From an uncultured Clostridia bacterium (lineage in GTDB: Bacteria > Bacillota > Clostridia > Christensenellales > UBA1242): a DNA stretch of 64,000 nt. Below, piece after piece: positions 1 through 8,470 of the stretch. The stretch's first letter is position 1. Each line of letters opens with the position of its first letter. The notes under the pieces are model-generated. The model was given only the letters and a program-made list of their open reading frames with translations. It was not told where the DNA came from and did not search any database. A program made the translations under genes and the position numbers. Where the stretch lies: contig CANQDP010000005.1 of NCBI GenBank assembly GCA_947593585.1, forward strand, positions 3,477 to 67,476, read 5' to 3'.

Positions 1-116
1 ACTTTCATCACTTTAAATCCGCCCTTTTTGAAACTCTCTAATTCCACCAAAAACTCAGCCAACGCTTGATTGACTGTTTGCCCTTCACTTTTAATGTCGA
101 TTGTTATTAATCGCAT
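1..116 (-). CDS. Smr-domain-like small protein, N-terminal part (gene runs off the window start)
   Basis: ATG at 116-114. Translation MRLITIDIKSEGQTVNQALAEFLVELESFKKGGFKVMKV resembles the start of a stand-alone Smr domain. Absent from the ORF track because it is under 60 aa in this window. Confidence 0.3.
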   Translation of the reverse strand, partial: MRLITIDIKSEGQTVNQALAEFLVELESFKKGGFKVMK

Positions 117-122
117 GAAGCA

Positions 123-150
123 ATTATAACACAATGCAAAAATTTTGCAA
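123..150 (-). promoter_or_regulatory. Promoter TTGCAA-16-TGtTATAAT, only 6 nt from the ATG (candidate leaderless)
   Basis: Minus strand reads TTGCAAAATTTTTGCATTGTGTTATAATTGCTTCATG. There is no SD between the -10 and the ATG. Confidence 0.4.
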
Positions 151-152
151 AG

Positions 153-173
153 AAAAAAGAGCTTGCGCTCTTT
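153..173 (-). terminator. Intrinsic terminator after lipoprotein gene
   Basis: Minus strand AAAGAGC-GCAA-GCTCTTT followed by TTTCTTT. Overlaps the stop codon. Confidence 0.6.
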
Positions 174-1323
174 AAATTCTTAAATCAACTGTTAAATCAA
201 GCAAGGCGTTTTTAATCCTTTCAAAGTTGGCTTTAAACTCTTTTTCGTTTGAACTAGCAAATGAATATTCAACTGTGGTGTTTGCCGCTTTGTTTGAATA
301 GTTATACTGCACGATTTGATTTGAACTATTGATTGTGATTTCAATCTTCTCGCCAGATTGAGATTCTATCGTTACTTTAACACCTTTAAGGTTTGAAACC
401 TTGTTTTCATTATACTGCTCAAGCGTGGTGGTTGCGCCCTCTTGCTCACTAATGATTTGCGTTACTGATTTTAGGCTTTCAATCCAATTTGAAATTGAAG
501 CATTGGAATCTTCCTGACCAAACTCAGTGTACTGCTGATGAATGATATCATAATTATAAGTGGTGCCCTCTTCCAAATAAGCGAGATAACTAGGAGTTTC
601 AACTGCATAAGACACAGGCAAATTGGCTGAAGAATTTTGGAAATATAAATGGCCTTCGCCGAAACCTTTTTGCTCGCATATCACATGGTTATAATCGTCA
701 AACACAAAGTTTGTGGCTGCTGTGCTTTGAATTTTTGCATTTAATGCTGCCACCCTTTCGCTGGTGGAATTATATAATGCTTCGTTGCCGTCAACTGAAG
801 CATATTTCTTATTTGCCGCGTCAAGAGTTTGTGAGCATAAAGCAAGTTTATCCATTGCATTTGAAAGGGTTATTGAGCCGTCCTCAACGCCTTTGATTGT
901 TTTATCTAACTCTGCCACAATCTTGCCATAGGCCTCTGTCATTTCTTTCACAACAGGGTCAACCTGCTCAACCTCTTCTTGCTTGCCGGCATCAGGGTTT
1001 GGATTTGTTGGCAAATTTTCCTCTCCTGTGGTTGGCGGAGTGGTTTGCTCATGCTTCTCATCAGTTGATGGAGTGGTTGGTTTTTTATCATCTGAAGTTG
1101 AAGGCGCTGTTTGCGGATGATTTGGATAACCATTGTTTTGCCCGCTGCTCTGTGTGCCTCCCCCTTGGCCGCCATTCCCTGTGGATGGATTTATTGAGGC
1201 TTCATTCTTTTGAGTTTCATCATTTGGCACGATTGTTACTTCTTGTGTGCCCTTGCACCCAACAAAGCCAAACATTGTAACCCCTAATAGAAGTGTTGCA
1301 CCTATTGCTTTCCATTTTTTCAT
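172..1323 (-). CDS. Putative lipoprotein with a Thr/Pro/Gly/Gln-rich linker, paralog of the next gene
   Basis: Start moved to MKKWKAIG (ATG 1323), preceded by GGAGGTG. Signal peptide ends in lipobox-like FVGC. C-terminal region resembles that of ORF 1413-3098. Confidence 0.7.
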   Translation of the reverse strand: MKKWKAIGATLLLGVTMFGFVGCKGTQEVTIVPNDETQKNEASINPSTGNGGQGGGTQSSGQNNGYPNHPQTAPSTSDDKKPTTPSTDEKHEQTTPPTTGEENLPTNPNPDAGKQEEVEQVDPVVKEMTEAYGKIVAELDKTIKGVEDGSITLSNAMDKLALCSQTLDAANKKYASVDGNEALYNSTSERVAALNAKIQSTAATNFVFDDYNHVICEQKGFGEGHLYFQNSSANLPVSYAVETPSYLAYLEEGTTYNYDIIHQQYTEFGQEDSNASISNWIESLKSVTQIISEQEGATTTLEQYNENKVSNLKGVKVTIESQSGEKIEITINSSNQIVQYNYSNKAANTTVEYSFASSNEKEFKANFERIKNALLDLTVDLRI

Positions 1324-1347
1324 TTTGCACCTCCAAAATATATTTAT

Positions 1348-1376
1348 ATTATACCACAAATGTGGGATATTGTCAA
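1348..1376 (-). promoter_or_regulatory. Promoter of lipoprotein gene 172-1323
   Basis: TTGACA-ATATCCCACATTTGTGG-TATAAT (17-nt spacer, extended TG). Confidence 0.65.
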
Positions 1377-1380
1377 CACC

Positions 1381-1410
1381 AAAAAGAAAAAAGCCTATTT
1401 CTAGGCTTTT
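1381..1410 (-). terminator. Intrinsic terminator after the 571-aa lipoprotein gene
   Basis: AAAAGCCTA-GAAA-TAGGCTTTT followed by TTCTTTTT. Confidence 0.7.
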
Positions 1411-1412
1411 GA

Positions 1413-3098
1413 TTAAATCCCCGCTTGGTTTTCGTTTTTCTTTGCAAGCAATTCTCCATATTGCTCTATGATTTTTTTGAATTCCTTTTCAAAAGCGGCT
1501 TTGGTTGCGCCTTGGATTTCATAATTCAATGTTTGACTATTGCCCTCTTCACTAGTTATTACAACGCCAAATGAAGTGAATTTGCCGTTTTCGTCAAGTT
1601 GAGCGGTGAAAACCTGCTTTGTGCCATCGTCATCTGCGGCAGAAACGGTGTAAGTGTCCGTCTTTGAATCATACGCTATTTTAAAGGTTTCCCAGAAAAC
1701 TGATTCTTTTAAGGCATTGGCATAGTATTGCATATCTATGTGTTGATAATAATTTGCATCTCCAACACGCTCCACAATTTCGCCGTCTATTGACTGCCCG
1801 ATATATTTATCCTGACCATCACTCAAAATGCCAACACTAACAGTTGTGCCCTGTTCTCCCGTGGTTGTGGCATATTCCGCCACCTCACCATTGCCAATTA
1901 AAATTTTGCCATCGCCTGTTTGACCATATGAATCAGACATCGTGGCGGACAAAATGCCATATTTATAATCAAAACTTTTATCGATTGAGGTGCTTAGCTG
2001 CTGATAATAAGCATAATTTGAAATTTGTGAGGCTATATAGCTATGCTCATTGCTATAATCAGTTTTGGTGATTTGCCTAAATGAATAAGTGTAAGTGTCA
2101 TCATCACCAAAGGTTTCCGTTACGCGAGATATTCTACCCTCGTTTGTAAGATAAAAGGTGATTGACCTATTGCCATCGTGCTCAAATGTGTAGATATTAT
2201 CGTCAGCAACCACTTTGCTTGGGCTCGTTGTGGCAACATACCATTGCTTGTGCATAGAAGTGTATGAAACTTCGCCCGTTATGACCTGTTCCTCGCCATC
2301 CGCATCTTTTAAGAAAAGCAGACCGTTGTCGTAAACCGCTTTTTGCTCTTCTAACTCGCCCAAGCCTTCAAGACTTACATCCATTGCGAATTCACCATCT
2401 GGAGCGGTGTAATAATGACCGCTAGTGTTATTGCCCGTTGCCACATGTCCAACATAAATGTCATTATAATCTAAAACAAAGGTTGCGTTGATTGCGTTTT
2501 GTGAAATCAACATATTAATCACAGCTTGCGTTGAAGCAACTGATTTTTGCAAATCTTCTATAACTTTGCTATCTGCTTTGTCGCTAGTTTGGCCTTTTAA
2601 GGTTTCAAGCTCACTCTCAAAACTTTGCATATTTGATTTCAAGGTGGTAAGTTGGCTTGAAATTGAGGCTTGATTTTGCTTTAAGCTATCAATATCTTGC
2701 TTGTTTGCTGTGGTTTGTGAACTAATGCTTGAAATTTGCCCTTGCAAATCTGAAATTAAGTTTTGCACAATTGTCATGTTTGAAGTGATAAGTTGCAACA
2801 AAGCAGCATCATTTTCTTTAAGTTTTGAAATGTCTTCTTTTAAGCCTTTCATTTCGTTTTGAAGCTGCTTCATTTGCTCTTGCAACTCGTTAAATTGAGC
2901 CTGCTGAGAGCTGGTTTGCTCTTCAGGATTAATTGACGCTTGGTCATTTGTGGCGCACGCACCAAAGCCAAACGCAGATGCCCCTAAAATGAATGAAGCA
3001 CCGAATGCTGCAAACGCTCGCTTTGCGGTTTTGCCCACTCTTAATTTTTGGGTGGTAGTTGACACTTTGCGCTTGCCCATTTTATTTAATAAACTCAT
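1413..3098 (-). CDS. Putative lipoprotein with an N-terminal coiled-coil region
   Basis: Start moved to MSLLNKMGKRK (ATG 3098), preceded by GGAGGGG. Signal peptide ends in FGAC. Heptad-like Q/L/S-rich stretch. C-terminus (KAAFEKEFKKIIEQ) resembles ORF 172-1323 (NEKEFKANFERIK). Confidence 0.7.
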   Translation of the reverse strand: MSLLNKMGKRKVSTTTQKLRVGKTAKRAFAAFGASFILGASAFGFGACATNDQASINPEEQTSSQQAQFNELQEQMKQLQNEMKGLKEDISKLKENDAALLQLITSNMTIVQNLISDLQGQISSISSQTTANKQDIDSLKQNQASISSQLTTLKSNMQSFESELETLKGQTSDKADSKVIEDLQKSVASTQAVINMLISQNAINATFVLDYNDIYVGHVATGNNTSGHYYTAPDGEFAMDVSLEGLGELEEQKAVYDNGLLFLKDADGEEQVITGEVSYTSMHKQWYVATTSPSKVVADDNIYTFEHDGNRSITFYLTNEGRISRVTETFGDDDTYTYSFRQITKTDYSNEHSYIASQISNYAYYQQLSTSIDKSFDYKYGILSATMSDSYGQTGDGKILIGNGEVAEYATTTGEQGTTVSVGILSDGQDKYIGQSIDGEIVERVGDANYYQHIDMQYYANALKESVFWETFKIAYDSKTDTYTVSAADDDGTKQVFTAQLDENGKFTSFGVVITSEEGNSQTLNYEIQGATKAAFEKEFKKIIEQYGELLAKKNENQAGI

Positions 3099-3118
3099 TT
3101 TCCCCTCCATATGAAAAT

Positions 3119-3147
3119 ATTCTAGCATAAAATAGCCATATTGTCAA
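3119..3147 (-). promoter_or_regulatory. Promoter of lipoprotein gene 1413-3098
   Basis: TTGACA-ATATGGCTATTTTATGC-TAGAAT (17-nt spacer, extended TG). Confidence 0.6.
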
Positions 3148-3158
3148 GAGGGGAATTG

Positions 3159-3192
3159 AAAAAACTGCCTTTTGGCATCTAGGCAGTTTTTT
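3159..3192 (-). terminator. Intrinsic terminator after clpX
   Basis: AAAAAACTGCCT-10-nt loop-AGGCAGTTTTTT. Overlaps the clpX stop. Confidence 0.65.
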
Positions 3193-4447
3193 TATCTTTT
3201 TTAACAATGGTTTTTATAATTTTAGGTTTGCCCGTTTTATTGATAAAATCGGCTGTGATTGTGATTTTCTTAATGTTTTCTTCAAAATGAACGCTATACA
3301 TAATGTCAAGCATACGCTCTTCTAAGATTGTGCGCAAGCCGCGTGCACCCGTTTTGAGTTCTATCGCTTTCTTGGCAACTGCCGTGATTGCACCCGGCTC
3401 AAACGACAAATCTATGCCATCCATTTTGAAGATTTCCACATACTGCTTTGTGATTGCGTTTTTAGGCTCAACCAAAATGCGCTCAAGTGCGGATTGGTCG
3501 AGGCTATCAAGAGTGGCAACAATTGGCAATCTGCCCACAAATTCAGGAATCATGCCATATTTAATAAGGTCTTGTGGCTGAATGTTTTCAAATTTATTGA
3601 TTGGCTCACCTTCCGTTTGCGTTTTAACTTCTGCCCCAAAGCCGAGCGTGGATGCGCCCGTGCGCTCGCTTATGATTTTGTCTAGCCCAACAAATGCGCC
3701 ACCGCAGATGAATAAAATGTTTGTGGTGTCTATCTTAATATTCTCTTGCTGAGGATGTTTGCGCCCACCCTGAGGCGGAACGGATGCGATTGTGCCCTCT
3801 AAGATTTTTAAAAGGGCCTGTTGCACGCCTTCACCACTCACATCGCGCGTGATTGAGACATTTTGCGTCTTGCGAGCAATTTTATCTATTTCGTCTATAT
3901 AAATTATGCCGCGCTGGGCTTTTTCAATGTCATAATCCGCATTTTGAATGAGTTTTAGCAAGATGTTTTCCACATCATCGCCAACATAACCCGCCTCTGT
4001 TAATGCGGTGGCATCGCTTGAAGCAAATGGCACTTTAAGCATTTTAGCAAGCGTTTTGGCAAGCAGAGTTTTGCCTGAGCCTGTTGGACCTATCAAAAGG
4101 ACATTCGATTTCTCCAACTCAACCTCGTCTTGCGCATTTTCACGCTTAATCATATTATAATTGATGCGCTTATAGTGATTATAAACAGACACGGCTAGAA
4201 TTTTTTTAACCTCGTCTTGCCCGATGACAAAATCATCTAAGCGCGCCTTTATTTCTTGCGGCTTTGGGAGATCTATAAATTCATTTTTATCGTTTTTCTT
4301 TTTGCGCGCATTAAAGTCCATAAGGTCTTTAGCGATATTAACACAATCTTTGCAAATAAAGCAATCACCCTCAGTGTTGCTAATGATGTCGGTTAATTCT
4401 CTCGCCGGACGCCCACAAAAAGAGCAAATGGTTTCAATTTCTCTCAA
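3179..4447 (-). CDS. clpX: ATP-dependent Clp protease ATP-binding subunit ClpX
   Basis: N-terminal zinc finger CSFCG...CFICKDC, Walker A GPTGSGKT, full-length ClpX-like sequence. TTG start preceded by AAAGGGGTGA. Confidence 0.95.
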   Translation of the reverse strand: MREIETICSFCGRPARELTDIISNTEGDCFICKDCVNIAKDLMDFNARKKKNDKNEFIDLPKPQEIKARLDDFVIGQDEVKKILAVSVYNHYKRINYNMIKRENAQDEVELEKSNVLLIGPTGSGKTLLAKTLAKMLKVPFASSDATALTEAGYVGDDVENILLKLIQNADYDIEKAQRGIIYIDEIDKIARKTQNVSITRDVSGEGVQQALLKILEGTIASVPPQGGRKHPQQENIKIDTTNILFICGGAFVGLDKIISERTGASTLGFGAEVKTQTEGEPINKFENIQPQDLIKYGMIPEFVGRLPIVATLDSLDQSALERILVEPKNAITKQYVEIFKMDGIDLSFEPGAITAVAKKAIELKTGARGLRTILEERMLDIMYSVHFEENIKKITITADFINKTGKPKIIKTIVKKDKKTA

Positions 4448-4532
4448 AATTCACCCCTTTATATATATCTATTATTTATCATTATTATGTTTTAATACTA
4501 ATATATTTTAATTATGTTTTAACTCATTAAAT

Positions 4533-4850
4533 TTAATCAACATTAGTTGTTATTGGTTCTAAATAGTTTATTTTTTTATTGTTTTTAGTTGCATATTCAA
4601 TTTCGGATTTTGTGCTAGAACCTATATATCCATTTTTGTTTATAACAAAAATTTCATCGGACATGTCAATTTTTCTTTTGTGCATATCGTCAAGCATTTG
4701 TTTAATATCGTTTGTCAAATCTCCTAATTCTAAAAAATTTGGTGTTAAAACAATGTTTCCTTGAAATGTCAATTTTTTTTGAACGGCTAAAAAATCTTCT
4801 TTAAATTTAACACTTCCGCACAATGTAATAACATTATATTTACCTAGCAT
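4533..4850 (-). CDS. Hypothetical protein, possibly nucleoside 2-deoxyribosyltransferase-like fold
   Basis: 105-aa ORF in a visibly more AT-rich block. The pattern ITLCGSVKF...DMHKRKIDMSDEIFVINKNGYIGSSTKSEIEYA recalls NDT-like Rossmann proteins. Family assignment is from memory only. Confidence 0.45.
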   Translation of the reverse strand: MLGKYNVITLCGSVKFKEDFLAVQKKLTFQGNIVLTPNFLELGDLTNDIKQMLDDMHKRKIDMSDEIFVINKNGYIGSSTKSEIEYATKNNKKINYLEPITTNVD

Positions 4851-4900
4851 ATTATTTTTTCCTTATATTGTCTTAACAATGTTTAATTTTAAAATAAAGT

Positions 4901-5242
4901 TTATTTTATTAATAAGTGCTGTTCAGGATACCACGAAGGAGTGCAAGTCATTAAAACATTGCAATTTGCATCCCAAAAATATTTTTCATTTTTGTTTATT
5001 AAAATTGCATCACCTTTTTTAAAAGAAATAACTTGATGCTCTGTGCTAATTTTACCTTTGCCTTTTAAAACATAAATCATCTCTTTAACTTTGGTGTTTA
5101 CGCAATAGCCAGTTTCAGGATATCTTCCCTTAATTTCTGCGGTTGAAAGGTCAATATCTTTATCTTTAAAGTTATATTCATTTGCAATGCATAAATCACT
5201 GTTTTTGAACAAATCGGTTTGCTCCTGTTTTATGATTTTCAT
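4901..5242 (-). CDS. Cupin domain protein
   Basis: Beta-barrel cupin-like core (EMIYVLKGKGKISTEHQVISFKKGDAILINKNEKYFW). Start set to ATG 5242 (MKIIKQ), 8 nt after the clpP stop. Confidence 0.6.
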   Translation of the reverse strand: MKIIKQEQTDLFKNSDLCIANEYNFKDKDIDLSTAEIKGRYPETGYCVNTKVKEMIYVLKGKGKISTEHQVISFKKGDAILINKNEKYFWDANCNVLMTCTPSWYPEQHLLIK

Positions 5243-5250
5243 ATCCAACC

Positions 5251-5829
5251 TTATTTGCGTTTTTCAAAAATTTTGTCAACAAGGCCATATTTTAGTGCGG
5301 CTTTGGCGTCTAAGAAATTATCGCGGTCGGTATCCTTAGTGATTGTGGAAATGTCTTTGCCCGTGTTGTCCGCCAAAATCTTATTAAGGGTTTCGCGAGT
5401 TTTTTGAATGTGCTTTGCGTGGATTTCTATATCGCTAGCCTGACCTTGCGCACCGCCTAGTGGCTGATGAATCATCACTTCGCTATGAGGCAAGCAAACG
5501 CGCTTGCCCTTTGCCCCACTAGACAAAATCACGGCAGCCATGCTTGCAGCCATGCCAATGCAAATTGTGGAAACATCGCATTTGATATATTGCATAGTGT
5601 CATAGATAGCTAGGCCGGCGGAAACGCTGCCACCCGGGCTATTAATATACATAAAAATGTCTTTATCTGGATTTTTGCCTTCCAAATAAATTAGTTGCGC
5701 AACCACAGTGTTTGCAACATTGTCGTCAATTTCGCCTGATAGAAAAACAATTCTATCTTCCAACAAGCGGGAATAGATGTCATAACTACGCTCAACATTC
5801 CCAACTTGGTCAATAACCATAGGTATCAT
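5251..5829 (-). CDS. clpP: ATP-dependent Clp protease proteolytic subunit ClpP
   Basis: 192 aa with canonical ClpP motifs ([25 protein letters not shown]). Confidence 0.95.
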   Translation of the reverse strand: MIPMVIDQVGNVERSYDIYSRLLEDRIVFLSGEIDDNVANTVVAQLIYLEGKNPDKDIFMYINSPGGSVSAGLAIYDTMQYIKCDVSTICIGMAASMAAVILSSGAKGKRVCLPHSEVMIHQPLGGAQGQASDIEIHAKHIQKTRETLNKILADNTGKDISTITKDTDRDNFLDAKAALKYGLVDKIFEKRK

Positions 5830-5841
5830 AAAACTTCTCCT

Positions 5842-6303
5842 TTATAAATTTACATTTGCTGAATTTTGCAAATTTGAAACAAGATAAATAATTTGCCTAT
5901 CTTCTTTCATGTTTTCTGCATATTTAGTGCCTTTGGCAATTATGTCCTCTGCATAGAGCTCTTCAACAACATAATAATTTGTGTCGCTCTCCACTAAATA
6001 TTCTTCTTCATCTTTTTCAATTTTATCTTTGCCATAACTAGATATAACCACTTTGGTTTCTGGATAATTTTTCGTGGCTTTCCATAATATGGTGAATTTT
6101 TGCTGATATCCGTCAAATTTTGTTTCGGTGATTTCATCGCAATGAGATTGGTTTAGTAAATAGGACATTAAATTTTTATCTAGCATGACCAATTTGCCAG
6201 CGTGGTCTTTATAAAAGTTTGCCAGCCAATCTAGCGGACAAACATTTTTGTTTACCCTCGCTTTTAAATAAAAATCGTCTATGCTAACAACATTTTTATC
6301 CAT
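5842..6303 (-). CDS. Hypothetical protein (153 aa) between tig and clpP
   Basis: Intact ORF packed tightly between tig and clpP. No motif recognised. Confidence 0.55.
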   Translation of the reverse strand: MDKNVVSIDDFYLKARVNKNVCPLDWLANFYKDHAGKLVMLDKNLMSYLLNQSHCDEITETKFDGYQQKFTILWKATKNYPETKVVISSYGKDKIEKDEEEYLVESDTNYYVVEELYAEDIIAKGTKYAENMKEDRQIIYLVSNLQNSANVNL

Positions 6304-6315
6304 ATATTTCTCCTA

Positions 6316-7599
6316 TTATTTTATTGTGTTATTGGCGCGCAAGAATTCGGTTATCTTTTTCATAAGCATTTCGTTGGCAACACGATTTACCATATTATTA
6401 TTGTCCTCACGCTTGATTTCTTCCAAAGTTTTGCCAGAGTTTTTTGCCATTTCAATAAGTTTCTTGTCGATTTCCTCTTGAGAGATGTCCAAATTCTCAA
6501 CTCTAATCAATTTTTCAAGCACCAAGCGAGCCTTCACATTGCGAGTGGCATTTGTGCGAACTTCTGCTTTGAAATCGTCCATCGATTTGCCGATATATTT
6601 AACATAATCTTCTAGCGTGATGCCTTGATATTTCATTTGCATCTCTATGCCATTTAATTGGCGATTAAGCTCTTCATCAACCAGCACTTCTGGTGGAGTG
6701 AGCTCTGTGTCGTCAACCAACTTATCGAGCATATCGTTATCCAATTCGATTTCTGCCCTATCGTTTGCCTCTTTATTTAAGCGGTCTGCGATGCTCTTTT
6801 TAAACTCGTCAACCGAACTAAACTCGGTGGAATTGGACACAAATTCTTCATCCAACTTTGGCGTTACGCGCTCACGAACAGCCTTAATTTCGCACTTAAA
6901 TGTGGCAGGCTTGTTTCTTAAACTCTCTTCATGATAATCTGCAGGGAATGTTACAACGACATCTTTTTTGTCCCCAACATTGAGGCCAATAAGTTGCTCT
7001 TCAAAATCACCGATGAAGGTGTGGCTGCCAATCTTTAATTGATAGTTTTCAGCCTTGCCCCCATCAAAAGGCTTGCCGTCAATATAGCCATCAAAATTTA
7101 AGTTTACGAAATCTTCGTTTTTCACAGGCTTTTTGGTTTCCACCAAGCGGGAAGCACGCAAAAGCTCACGGTCAATGGCATCCTGAACATCTTTATCTGT
7201 AACTTTAACTTCTTGCTTTGTGAAAGTGAGCCCTTTATATTGAGCAAGCTCAAAAGTTGGCACGCAAGGAATTGAAAGCACGAGGTCCACTCCCGTCTCT
7301 CCCACCTGCTTAATTTCAAGCTTTGGGCTATCAACCGGCTTAATATCCTGATTTTCACGCAAAACTAAAGTGTAGGCCTTATAATAAACCTCATCAAGTG
7401 CACCTTCAACGAACGCACCCGCACCATACGCTTTTTCAATCATATTGCGTGGGGCATGACCTTTTCTAAACCCTGGCAAATTATATTTTCTTTTGTTTTT
7501 TTCATAAGATGAATTTAATGCTTCATCCCACTCTTGCTGCCCAACATGAATGTTTGCCACAATCAGTGAGCCTTTTTGTTTGTCTAAAGTATACTCCAT
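6316..7599 (-). CDS. tig: Trigger factor
   Basis: 427 aa. N-terminal ribosome-binding motif GFRKGHAP, central FKBP-like region, C-terminal arm. Confidence 0.95.
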   Translation of the reverse strand: MEYTLDKQKGSLIVANIHVGQQEWDEALNSSYEKNKRKYNLPGFRKGHAPRNMIEKAYGAGAFVEGALDEVYYKAYTLVLRENQDIKPVDSPKLEIKQVGETGVDLVLSIPCVPTFELAQYKGLTFTKQEVKVTDKDVQDAIDRELLRASRLVETKKPVKNEDFVNLNFDGYIDGKPFDGGKAENYQLKIGSHTFIGDFEEQLIGLNVGDKKDVVVTFPADYHEESLRNKPATFKCEIKAVRERVTPKLDEEFVSNSTEFSSVDEFKKSIADRLNKEANDRAEIELDNDMLDKLVDDTELTPPEVLVDEELNRQLNGIEMQMKYQGITLEDYVKYIGKSMDDFKAEVRTNATRNVKARLVLEKLIRVENLDISQEEIDKKLIEMAKNSGKTLEEIKREDNNNMVNRVANEMLMKKITEFLRANNTIK

Positions 7600-7691
7600 A
7601 TAAACTCCTTAAATATATTTATAAACTTATTAAGTTTAGCATAAAAAAAATAAAAAAGCAATAATTTGATTAAATATTTTCTTTGTGCAAT

Positions 7692-7719
7692 AAAAAAGGC
7701 AAAAACTATGTTTTGCCTT
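7692..7719 (-). terminator. Intrinsic terminator after the 113-aa membrane gene
   Basis: AAGGCAAAA-CATAG-TTTTTGCCTT followed by TTTTATT. Confidence 0.65.
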
Positions 7720-8059
7720 AAACGATGAAAGATATTGCAAGCACAATAAGGATTAGCGCAAAGCCAAAGCCACCAAATATCACAACGCGCTTTTGCTTTT
7801 TCAAGCCCTTTCTGTAGTGCCGCATTTCAAAGAGCATATCGTCATTTTGCTCTTCTTGCATTTCTCTATCTATCGCCCTAGATTTTTCATCAAACTCTGC
7901 AAATCTTTTCACTGAAAATAAAATTAGCGCCACGCTCAAAAAAATCAAACCAAAACACAAGCAGTGATTATTTTTAAGTGCGCTGCCTATGATTAACAGA
8001 ATAATTGAAATAAATAAACTCACCAAACATAAGGTGAGTTTATAATCTAACCTTTTCAT
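7718..8059 (-). CDS. Small membrane protein (113 aa)
   Basis: Two N-terminal and one C-terminal hydrophobic helix. ATG overlaps the upstream stop (TAATG), suggesting translational coupling. Confidence 0.55.
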   Translation of the reverse strand: MKRLDYKLTLCLVSLFISIILLIIGSALKNNHCLCFGLIFLSVALILFSVKRFAEFDEKSRAIDREMQEEQNDDMLFEMRHYRKGLKKQKRVVIFGGFGFALILIVLAISFIV

Positions 8060-8328
8060 TAAAATTGATTAAGCACTAAGAAGACTATGATGATGATAAC
8101 GAAAATTACAAACGCAATCATCCAGCCAATGTTCTTGCGAGCTCTTGCATATTGGAATGCGAAAACTGCAGTGATTGCATAAGCGATAACTTGAGCAATC
8201 AAAGTCATAGCGCTAACAAGGCCAGAACTCAAACTAAGAGCTGAGAAAATTTTTGCCAAAACCAAAGCGATTGCCACAAGACCAATTGCGATGTATGACA
8301 AGAAAGTTACAAGACCTTTACCCTTCAT
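8059..8328 (-). CDS. Small membrane protein (89 aa)
   Basis: Three predicted TM helices. RBS AGGAGGGAAAA lies before the ATG. Confidence 0.55.
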   Translation of the reverse strand: MKGKGLVTFLSYIAIGLVAIALVLAKIFSALSLSSGLVSAMTLIAQVIAYAITAVFAFQYARARKNIGWMIAFVIFVIIIIVFLVLNQF

Positions 8329-8367
8329 TTTTCCCTCCTAATTTTATTATATCACAAAAGATTTCTT

Positions 8368-8389
8368 AATTGCAAACAAATTGCAAACA
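8368..8389 (-). repeat. Tandem direct 11-mer (AATTGCAAACA x2) overlapping the -35 region of the 89-aa membrane gene
   Basis: Read directly. Each copy carries a TTGCAA -35-like hexamer. A TGATATAAT extended -10 lies downstream on the minus strand. Confidence 0.6.
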
Positions 8390-8470
8390 AAATTAAAATT
8401 TTTAAAAAATTTGATAAATTTAGGCAAAATTTTTAAAAATTTGCGCTTTTAATGGGTGTTTTTTGCAATT

